Positions 1-9,428 of a stretch of 64,000 bases of DNA are shown in pieces. The notes beneath the pieces are model-generated. The model saw only the letters and a list, made by a program, of their open reading frames with translations. It was not told the origin of the DNA and ran no database searches. Each line of letters starts with the position of its first letter. Positions within the stretch are counted from its first letter, which is position 1. A program made the position numbers and the translations under genes. The DNA is from Macrostomum lignano (lineage: Eukaryota). The stretch is from the NCBI GenBank assembly GCA_002269645.1, contig NIVC01000992.1:372001-436000 (forward strand), written 5' to 3'.

Positions 1-859
1 TAGGCGCCACGGCCTCCTTTTTGCAGTCGCCGTAGGGCGCTGGCAGAAGGTTGCGCGTCACCGTGCTGACGTGCAGCGTTGCCGACGTTCCCGGCGGAAT
101 GTCGATGTAGTTGGCCTCTAGCTGGGGCAGGCTGCCGTTCTGGTGGACGCTCACCCGGACACCCTGACGAGCCAAATTCGGTTCATTGTCGAGCATAGCG
201 CGGCTGAAGAATGGATAGTTAAAGTTGTCCAGGAACAGCACCAGGCGAAGGCTGTGAAGCCGGGCGGCGCCCAGCTGCTGATCAATTTTCACCGTGAAAC
301 AGCGCAGGTACCGCGGATGCGGAAATTTCTGCACGTTCTGATCCGAACAGCTCCGCGTCTGCAGCCGCCCGTCCTGTTCGAACTCGAACTGGCAGTCCTT
401 GATTAGACGACCGCTCACGTGGGCAATGGCGTCCACTTGTAGAACTTGCGAATTCTGATAGAACACTTCGACGGTTTTCATCGACTCGAGCGACTGGCCC
501 AGTGACGACTCCAACGAGTTGACCTTCTTGACGAATTCGTTGAAGCTCCGATTGGCAATGTAGCCCTCGGATGACGCTTCAGCCGCGAACGGCTGCTGAT
601 TGCACAGCGTCACGGATGGGAACGGCGCGTTCGGGTCCATGGTGGAACTGTACTTCAGCTGCACGCCGTACTTCAGATAGATTATCACTATGTCGGACAC
701 CTGCCATATAGCGATTCCTAGAAAGATAATTATAGTAACTATCCATAAAAGCTTCGATAGAATATTTTGAGCTTTGATTATTCTGGGAAAGCCGCGAATT
801 GACGAGCTTTGCAGGTAGTTTTTCGTCACCTCCACGTAGGACGACTTTGATGTATCCAT
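1..859 (-). CDS. DEG/ENaC (ASIC/pickpocket-like) sodium channel subunit, N-terminal part; runs off the window start
   Basis: Hand translation from ATG 859 is open down to position 2, so it is absent from the ORF track because there is no stop. It reads MDTSKSSY..SSIRGFPRII..SKLLWIVTIIIFLGIAIWQV (TM1), PFPSVTLCNQ (post-TM1 motif), HPRYLRCFT, GVRVSVHQNGSLPQL..IDIPPG and LPAPYGDC, all characteristic of the family. Confidence 0.9.
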   Translation of the reverse strand, partial: MDTSKSSYVEVTKNYLQSSSIRGFPRIIKAQNILSKLLWIVTIIIFLGIAIWQVSDIVIIYLKYGVQLKYSSTMDPNAPFPSVTLCNQQPFAAEASSEGYIANRSFNEFVKKVNSLESSLGQSLESMKTVEVFYQNSQVLQVDAIAHVSGRLIKDCQFEFEQDGRLQTRSCSDQNVQKFPHPRYLRCFTVKIDQQLGAARLHSLRLVLFLDNFNYPFFSRAMLDNEPNLARQGVRVSVHQNGSLPQLEANYIDIPPGTSATLHVSTVTRNLLPAPYGDCKKEAVAP

Positions 860-2370
860 TGTGCCGCCGCCAACACAGCACGCACTCTTTGTCTGCCGAG
901 CACTGCTAGCTCGTAGATCTTAAGCAATGCCGCTTTGCATATCCAAATGCAGCTGCTCGCTTTCTCTCTTTCAAAGAATTCGGGAAAAGTTTGACAGCGT
1001 CAACACCCCGCTCCTCGCTCGCTTGTCTATTTTCTAGCCTATAGTTCGTCTCCTTTACAGTGGCGTGAGCTACTTTTCAAATTGTTAGTGAGAAAAGCGA
1101 GAACCGAGGAATTTAATAACGACTGACTGGAAAGTGATCTAAACGGGTGCACTTGTCACACAGAGCTGGGCCGCAACTAAGTAAGCAGAGTGTTCAAGTT
1201 TTATGCAGCATAGCAACTGTGCCTGAGCTGTTGCCATGAAAGTTCAAGTGACAACGTGAAGGGGAAAATCGAAGCCCTATTCACTAATCAAGTTTCAACT
1301 TTTGAAACTGAGACGAACTTCGCAGATAGCCTTATAGGAGCGAGTGCAGCTGTCTGCAGGGGCCTAACCTATGCGTGCATGGCGTCAGAAGGTGTAATCC
1401 TATCTGAGCCTTGCTACCCACGCAGAAACAGACTTTCTCTTTGTGCAACGAGCTGGGAATCTGGGAAGCAAACTCTGGTTGTTTTGATAGCTTATTTCAA
1501 TATTATTTGATTGCATTCCGTGTTTATCAGTGCACTTGCAATGAGTGCGTGAACGTGTTTACACTGTGCATGCGCCGGCCGCCTCATTGATTGATAATAA
1601 CAAATGCTAATTGTGTTGGCTCAGATAATACGAGCTGGTGATTCCGGATTCAAATACGATTCTCACAACACAATGCAGTCATCACGCTTTCAACTTTTGA
1701 GTATAGAGCTGCATGGAAATTTTTCTACAAACAGTTCACAACATCATCATCGATTTGGGAGGCTCGAAATTCTCAATTTTCTAAAGTGGTCAGCTTTGAA
1801 AGCCCGCATCCTTTGAGCCGTCCGACCGTTTTTTTATTATTGTCGATTTCTGCTAGATAGTCTTAAAGTCCCAAAAATAGCCGCAGAAAAACAGCAATCA
1901 AACGAGCGTGTTGACCAGACGACAACAGCAACAAGGACGACAGTACCGATTTAGCTCTTTTGATTAAAGCTAATTCTGTGTCACAGCAATGTTGTTAATA
2001 GGAAATATTCTCGATATCCTTCCTTCCTGACGAGCAGGGAACGGACGAGAATGCAATTTGATCGTCCATGCAGTTTAGCTGTCGCAATGTCTGCGAGTGT
2101 GCAACGACGAACAGGGAGAAAAATCAATTCGACCATCTGGCCTGGAGGCACGACTGTTCCGGCTCAGCCGAACACCGAGAGGGACGATCGACTACTCCGA
2201 CTGAACGCACCTGTTGTCTGTTCAGAGCTCTGCTCAGGAAAGTCGACACGCTACTGTACCGTCCACCTCTTTCTTTCTTCTTCCCCAATTCTTTAACTCC
2301 ATTGAATGCTCCGGGCCTAGCAGAACTGAGCACAATTTACCTTATCCTCTCCCCGTCCAATGAACTGAGT

Positions 2371-4042
2371 ATGCCTTTGTATGCCTCTTCGTCCTCCGGT
2401 TCCTTCAGAGCAGCTTATCGCAGCTTCCGGACTAAGCGCTTCACCCTACCAGCAGCCTACGCGGTGGCAGCTTTGCTGGCCGTGGCGGCTCTCTACCGGA
2501 TCCTGCGCTCGCCTCCCGGAGACGCAACAGCGCAACAGTCATTTTCAAACGTTGAAACGTTGCGCAAACATGCTGACCAACGGCAGCAGCATCTGCAGCC
2601 TCCGCAACTGTCCGATTCGAAATTGTCCGACATTGTTGCCAAAGCTCGCCTGCAGCTCGAATCTAAGGAGGGTCGAACTGTCGGCTCCCAAGAGCTGCTT
2701 CGTCGAGTTCAAGCCGAGATCAATCGACGCCAGCTAGGCTTGGAGATCAAGGACTACGAAGGCACCGGGGGTCATCGGCACGACCGAGTGAGTCTTGCCC
2801 AGCTGTTGGCTCTGCCCAAGCCAAGACAGCTGGACAAGCCTGAAGTCCTTCTGCGACCGAACTTCAAGGCGTGCCAGGCTGGCAAAGAGCCGCTGTTCCT
2901 AGTTCTGGTGCACACTCGGGCAGCCGAGATTGCCTATCGAAACGCTATCCGCGAGACCTGGTACTCGCCAACAAAATCGCACACCAAGTTCATTAACTCG
3001 AGGCCGCACCTGTGGCGCGTGCTCTTCACCACGGGCAGCGGCCGGGGCGCCAATCTGCAGCGCGAAATCGAAGAGGAAGCTCGAGAATTTGGCGACATCC
3101 TGCAGTTTCGCTTTCTGGATACGCCGCACTCAGGCCAGCGGAAAACGATGGGCGCCCTGATGGAGCTCAACGAGGATGCCCAGTTTCAGCGTTGCAAGCC
3201 AAAGTTTCTCCTCAAGGTTATTGTTATAGCTTGATTTATTTTCTGTGCATTCTGTATATTGTGTATGTATTGTGTATGTACCAACTCACCAAACTCCCCG
3301 TAAACTCATCAAACTCTACGTACACTCACCAAACTCTCCGTACACTCAACAAATTCTCCGTACACTCATCAAACTCTCCGTACACTCACCAAACTCTCCG
3401 TACACTCATCAAACTCTCCGTACACTCATCAAACTCTCCGTACACTCACCAAACTCTCCGTACACTCATCAAACTCTCCGTACACTCATCAAACTCACCA
3501 AACTCTCAGAACGCTCTCCACGCCCCCCGCTATCGCAGGTCACAGACGACACTTTCGTGAACATGCCAGCGTTTGTACACTGGCTGGCCTCCAAATTCCC
3601 GGCGGGTAAACAGACCGGGCTCTACGTTGGCCACACAGTCCACGGCGACGTCCCCGACAGAAATCCTCAACGGACTGGCTATGTCTCAGAATCTATTTAT
3701 CCCTACCCTGCCTTCCCCGACTACAACAAGAACCCCGCCTATCTGATTAGTTGGGATCTGATCCCCAGACTGGCTGGCGAGATTCCCAAACTCGAACCGA
3801 TCGGAGTGGACGACGTCTATGTCGGTGTTCTCATGGCCCGCATCGGAGTTCGGCCGCAGTTCAATGACCACTTCGTCATGCTGGAAGGCCCCATGGACGT
3901 CTGCATGCATCTGAGAATGTTTTTCATTTCGCACCTGCCGCCTGTTGAGGTGCTCAATGTGTTCGAGCGAAATAGTCAGGGTAGGCGGCTGAACGAGTGC
4001 AAGGATGTGCTGCCGTACCATAGCGACAAACTCGATCTGTAG
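2371..4042 (+). CDS. GT31 (galactosyltransferase/fringe-fold) beta-1,3-glycosyltransferase, type II membrane; 2 exons, 449 aa
   Basis: Exons are 2371-3216 and 3539-4042, with a phase-0 GT..AG intron that joins the two ORF-track frames. There is an N-terminal anchor (AAYAVAALLAVAALY) and the motifs LFLVLVHT..YRNAIRETW, VLFTTG, EEEAREFGDILQ..F.D, LKVTDDTFVN, YPYPAFPDY and DDVYVGVL. Confidence 0.85.
3283..3505. repeat. 20-bp minisatellite (tacactcatcaaactctccg) inside the GT31 intron
   Basis: About 10 tandem copies are directly visible. Confidence 0.9.
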
Positions 4043-4139
4043 AGTCGCTGCAGACAGTCGCTGACAGCTTCATCATTTTATTACTGCTTTCTTGCTGGGC
4101 TCTGACCCGAAACCAGCACTTTTGCATCTCATATCTCAT

Positions 4140-4610
4140 ATCTCTCCTCTCCCCTCATCCCTCTACCCTCACCCCTCTGCCCTCACTCCTCTTACCCCTC
4201 ATCCCTCTACCCTCACCTCATCCCTCTACCCTCGCCCCTCTACCCTCACCCCTCTCCCTCACCCCTCTACCCTCACCCCTCTTACCCCTCATCCCTCTAC
4301 CCTCACCTCATCCCTCTACCCTCGCCCCTCTACCCTCACCCCTCTACCCTCACCCCTCTACCCTCACCCCTCTTACCCCTCATCCCTCTACCCTCACCTC
4401 ATCCCTCTACCCTCGCCCCTCTACCCTCACCCCTCTACCCTCACCCCTCTACCCTCACCCCTCTACCCTCACCCCTCTACCCTCACCCCTCTTACCCCTC
4501 ACCCCTCTACCCTCACCTCTCATCCCTCTACCCTCACTCCTCACCCTCATTCCTCACCCCTCTCCCCTTACCTCCCTACCCTCCCCTCTACCCTCTCGCC
4601 TCTCCCCTAA
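4140..4610. repeat. C/T-rich degenerate minisatellite (ctctaccctcaccc-type units)
   Basis: Tandem degenerate units are visible just downstream of the GT31 stop. Confidence 0.9.
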
Positions 4611-4902
4611 AGACGTGAAGTAGAGCGCACCTTGGCCGGGAGACCTCCAGCGCACCTCTAAGGCACCAAGGCGCAATAAATACGTTTAAATCCACAACCA
4701 CGATCATAAAAGCAATTTTTTGAGCTTAGAACAGGAAATAAATTTCTCCAGCTACTCTACCTGCTTGGCTTTTGACTATGCGACGCGATTTCAGCTTCCG
4801 CAATTGGATTTCAACCGACTAAATGAAAACTTGTGCTCAAATTAGGGGTCTTTTTGATTTTCTCAGGACGGTGATTTAAGCAATCGAAAATCGACAGGAA
4901 AG

Positions 4903-5552
4903 GTTCCTAATGGAGGGGTTGATAAATCAAAGGGGAAGTTTCCTAATGGAGGGGTTGATGAATCAAAGGGGAATTTTCCTAATGGAGGGGTTGATGAATC
5001 AAAGGGGAAGTTTCCTAATGGAGGGGTTGATGAATCAAAGGGGAAGTTTCCTAAGGGAGGGGTTGATGAATCAAAGGGGAAGTTTCCTAATGGAGGGGTT
5101 GATGAATCAAAGGGGAAGTTTCCTAATGGAGGGGATTGATGAATCAAAGGGGAAGTTTCCTAATGGAGGGGATTGATGAATCAAAGGGGAAGTTTCCTAA
5201 TGGAGGGGTTGATAAATCAAAGGGGAATTTTCCTAATGGAGGGGTTGATGAATTAAAGGGGAAGTTTCCTAATGGAGGGGTTGATGGATCAAAGGGGAAG
5301 TTTCCTTATGGAGGGGATTGATGAATCAAAGGGGAAGTTTCCTAATGGAGGGGATTGATGAATCAAAGGGGAAGTTTCCTAAAGGAGGGGTTGATGAATC
5401 AAAGGGGAAGTTTCCTAATGGAGGGGTTGATGAATCAATGGGGAAGTTTCCTAATGGAGGGGTTGATGAATCAATGGGGGAAGTTTCCTAATGGAGGGGT
5501 TGATGAATCAAGGGGGAATTTTCCTAATTGAGGGGTAGATGAATCAAAAGGG
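4903..5552. repeat. 36-bp minisatellite (gatgaatcaaaggggaagtttcctaatggaggggtt)
   Basis: About 18 near-identical tandem copies; the ORFs translated here show a 12-aa period. Confidence 0.95.
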
Positions 5553-6114
5553 AATATTATATTATTAGGCATATTAGTCAGAAAGTCGCAACTTCTCCTC
5601 AAACATCAAAGGATCTAGGCATTTGGATTTCTACAAGCTGCCAAAAACAACAAAAGCATCTGATGTCACAAAAGCAGCCATATATACGTAGGGACCTGCA
5701 GTCCCCAAAATTCTATTGGCTTCAGCAGATAGATGATACTGAATCCCGCCAAGTGCCTTTTGTCTTTCACCTTCCTCTATCCCTTTCTCTCTCTGACAGT
5801 GCCGTGCAGTCTCTATGGGGCTACGAGAGCTACGAGAGCTACTGGAAAAGACACGGAGAAACCTGATAATTAGCAGAGTCGCTTGATTTCTCTCTGCCAA
5901 TTGTCATGGCACAGCCTCTTCTATATGAGTAGAATTTTGTTTCATGTGCATTGGGGCATGGCATGCTAGGGCATAGATGGCTACGCCTTTTGTCATGCGA
6001 AATACACGAATATTTTATAATGTAGATGTGCAGATAGATTGATAGCTTGGGGTCCCTCTATTTCCTTTGTCCTTAGTAGAATTGGTGTCTCAGATACACT
6101 ACACTTCCAGCTCT

Positions 6115-6640
6115 CAATGCCCCTTCTCCCCTCTCTCCCTTTCTCGCCTATCCAGTCTCCATTCTCTTATTTCTTCTCCCCTCATCTCTTCTCTCTTCCC
6201 TCCTCTCAGCTTTTCATCCCTCTCCTCTCACCCTTTCTCCCCTCTCCCCTCTCCCCTCTCCTCTCCCCCTTTCTCCCTTCTTATCTCTTCTCTCTTTTCT
6301 CTCCTATCACCCTTTCTTATTCCTCTCCCCCCTCCCTCTCCCCTCTCCTCTCACTCTTTCTCCCTTCTTATCTCTTCTCTCTTTTCTCTCCTATCACCCT
6401 TTCTTATTCCTCTCCCCTCTCCCTCTCCCCTCCACCTTTCTCCTCTCTCCTCTCTCTTCCCCTTTCTCCCCTCTTATCTCTACTCTCTCCCCTCTCCTCT
6501 CACCCTTTCTACTCTCTCCTCTCACCCTTTCTCCCCACTCCCTTCTCCCCTCCCCTCTCCCCCTTTCTCCACTCTCCCCTTTCTTCTCTCTCCCTTTTTC
6601 TCCCCTCTCCTCTCTCCCCTTCCCCCTGTGTTCTCCCCTC
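6115..6640. repeat. CT-rich low-complexity (polypyrimidine) tract
   Basis: Almost purely C/T, with an internal duplication of about 90 bp. Confidence 0.9.
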
Positions 6641-7096
6641 TGATATATTCTCAATATTTCTTCTACTGCTTTCTTCTCTCGTCTCTTTATTTCTACCCAC
6701 TAAATTTCTTGTTAACTTTCACGTTTTATATTTGTTTTAAAATTAGGCTTAAATTTAGCAGATTAAACAAAAAACTGCGAATGAATGATATTGAAAAAAG
6801 CATTCAATATCACTATCAAATGAAAACATACCTACTCTGGTTTTAGTAAAGCCAGGATAAACTGTAATACACGTACCGATTGTTAGACTCTCCAGTCTTT
6901 CGAGCGCGCGCCACTGGCTGAGCTGATTCCATCAAATCTGAGCTCCGTTGCTGAGCTAACACCCCCGCCACCTCTTAGGCCTAGATTATGGTATGCCTGT
7001 CTGTATACACTCGTCCGCCCATATGCACAGTTCCCCACTGCCCTGGCCCTAGTGAAGACTGCTCCGAATAACAAAGCCGCCGAATCGGATGAAAGA

Positions 7097-8350
7097 ATGC
7101 AGAACGCAACCGCGATTCTTCAACTCGACGAAGATCGTCTAAATCGTTCGAGCAGCAACGGTCGCGAGTTCGAACAGCTCACCAGACTGATCAGCTCAGT
7201 CTATTTAGTCCTTGGCTCCACCAACTCGCTGCACAGCGCCTACGCTCTCTGCCTGTTCCGGCGAGCTCCGGAACGCCAGCTCAGCAGTCCAGTCCGCCGG
7301 CTGCTGTGCCAGCTGTCCGCCACCGAGCTGCTGTTCAACCTGCTCGTAGTGACTGTCACCTGCCTCCGCCATCTGCCCGACACAGCCTGGCAACCTCGAC
7401 TAGATCTCAACTGGCCATGCAACTCGCTGGTTAACGCTTCGATTCCCGCCCTACTCACCGGAGCTCTGCTGCGCTCTGCTCTGACCCTGCGCAACTGGTC
7501 GGTGGCGCGCATCGCCGTGTCCCGGTCCAACGCCATCGCCAGGCCGTTGCACGTCAGGGCCGGCGTTGGCGCCGTGAGCCGACGCCCGGACAGTCAAAGC
7601 GCTGCCGGACAGCCTGGCAGATTCGCCAGCCTGTCAGTAGGTCTTCTGGCCGTCGCCGTGCTGCCTCTGTCCATCATCAGCGAGTTGGACGCCCAGTGCA
7701 GCGAGGAGAGCATGACCGTGACAGCCTACGCCATAGCTTACTACTCTGTACAGATCACCGCGCCATTCGTCCTGGTGCTGCTGTCGAGCGTGTTGCTGAT
7801 TCGCGGTCTCCGAGCTCAGCGTCAAGACAGCGCCGCGTCTGGCGCCATCTCGGGTGGCGAGACGGCGTTAGCCCGTCGACGCTGCCGCGATCGTCGGGTT
7901 GAACGCACCGTTCTGCTGCTGTCTCTGGCCTTCGCGGGGCTGGAGTTGCCCACCTGCCTGCTGGCCTACATGAAGATCAAGAGCTCTCAGTTGGTGTTCG
8001 CTGTCAACGTCCTGACTCAGTTGGACAGCTTGATGAACTTTGTCATCTACGTGTGCACCACTCGGCTGTTTCGTCGAAGTCTGCTCAGATTGTTCGGCTG
8101 TCAGGAGCGTCGACGAGGGGATATACGACACCTGCCGACGACACCCACGCCTCCAGCGCCGCCCGTTACGCCGATGAAGTTGACGGCCACCTCTTCAATC
8201 GACGTTGTTCAACGGCGAAGCCGATGGTTCGGCAGGGATGATAACGATGTCGAAGTCTTCGCCGTCGAAGTCAGGAACAGCAGCGGCAGCTCGACTGGTG
8301 GCGTTGAGAACCTTCAGACGGTGATGCCACTTCTTGAACGAAGAAGCTGA
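7097..8350 (+). CDS. Orphan class A (rhodopsin-like) GPCR, single exon, peptide-receptor-like
   Basis: ORF 7052-8350 with the first ATG at 7097. It has N-terminal N-glycosylation sequons (NAT, NRS), seven hydrophobic segments, TM3 ending IAVSRSNAIARPL, TM6 with LELPT and TM7 with SLMNFVIYVCTTRLFRRSL. Confidence 0.85.
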   Translation: MQNATAILQLDEDRLNRSSSNGREFEQLTRLISSVYLVLGSTNSLHSAYALCLFRRAPERQLSSPVRRLLCQLSATELLFNLLVVTVTCLRHLPDTAWQPRLDLNWPCNSLVNASIPALLTGALLRSALTLRNWSVARIAVSRSNAIARPLHVRAGVGAVSRRPDSQSAAGQPGRFASLSVGLLAVAVLPLSIISELDAQCSEESMTVTAYAIAYYSVQITAPFVLVLLSSVLLIRGLRAQRQDSAASGAISGGETALARRRCRDRRVERTVLLLSLAFAGLELPTCLLAYMKIKSSQLVFAVNVLTQLDSLMNFVIYVCTTRLFRRSLLRLFGCQERRRGDIRHLPTTPTPPAPPVTPMKLTATSSIDVVQRRSRWFGRDDNDVEVFAVEVRNSSGSSTGGVENLQTVMPLLERRS

Positions 8351-8421
8351 GTTCCTACGGTGAATAACGCTTTTAAAGATCGATAATTCTTAAACTCAAT
8401 CTGTTTTTGGCCTGGCAGCCT

Positions 8422-8652
8422 GCACAACTGCGGAGTTGGGGGTTGCGGGGCTGGGTGACTGCGGAGTTGGGGGGTTGCGGGGCTGGGTGACTGCGGTGTT
8501 GGGAGGTTGCGGGGCTGGGTGACTGCGGAGTTGGGGGTTGCGGGGCTGGGTGACTGCGGTGTTGGGGGTTGCGGGGCTGGGTGACTGCGGTGTTGGGGGG
8601 TTGCGGGGCTGGGTGACTGCGGTGTTAGGGGGTTGCGGGGCTGGGTGACTGC
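8422..8652. repeat. ~31-bp G-rich minisatellite (gcggggctgggtgactgcggtgttgggggtt)
   Basis: About 7 tandem copies. Confidence 0.9.
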
Positions 8653-9076
8653 TTTAGCGGAGTAGTGGGGTTGGGGTGGGGGTGGCGGGTTCGGTTGGTT
8701 GACTTTCATAAAAGAACCACAAATAATTTTAAAAACTAACCGAGTGTACCGTTTGTAAGTTCACTTTTGTGTCGTCTGTTTTGCCATATTGTGAATCTCA
8801 TAACGCATCTCTATAAGCGGATAAATTGAAGCTCTTTTTTCTTGTTAATTTAGTATGTATGAGCTAATCGTTGCATTACATTTCTATTACTTGTGAATTT
8901 TCTACGTAAGTTTGTAACCAAAATATGTAAACAATAAAGAACTCTTAAAAAACTTTTTCAAGCTTCTCGCCAAGGGAAACAGAACAAAAAGGTGCAATTA
9001 AAACATCGACTTATGTATTCTTAGCATCTTTCTGTTTTTAAAAATGAAGTGATCAATGATCACTTTGATCAATGAT

Positions 9077-9226
<150 letters not shown>

Positions 9227-9428
9227 TTCACAGCTATGCAATACAACATACTATATAATAAGTAAAATAGAATCCAAAAATAAAATTGAAATAGCATAAA
9301 TTTTGTCTAGGGTAATTACCAGGTACTACAGAAAATTATTAACAGTTTCCATTTACACGCTAAATCACCCATTTAGCCATCCACACAAACCAAGGTTAAT
9401 CAAAGCCTCACTTGTCAATTCAATCGAT

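Noticed and set aside
2020-2065. CTGACGA as a possible hammerhead ribozyme core (also CTGATGA at about 46455 and about 50005 on the minus strand)
   Set aside because: None has a stem II followed by GAAA or closing stems I and III.
2068-2370. N-terminal 100 aa of the 388-aa ORF
   Set aside because: It would place a long unrelated segment before the type II anchor; ATG 2371 gives a normal GT31 architecture. Not fully excluded.
4092-6846. Pro/Leu/Ser-rich ORFs and the 12-aa-periodic ORFs
   Set aside because: They arise from low-complexity and 36-bp tandem DNA, with no independent coding evidence.
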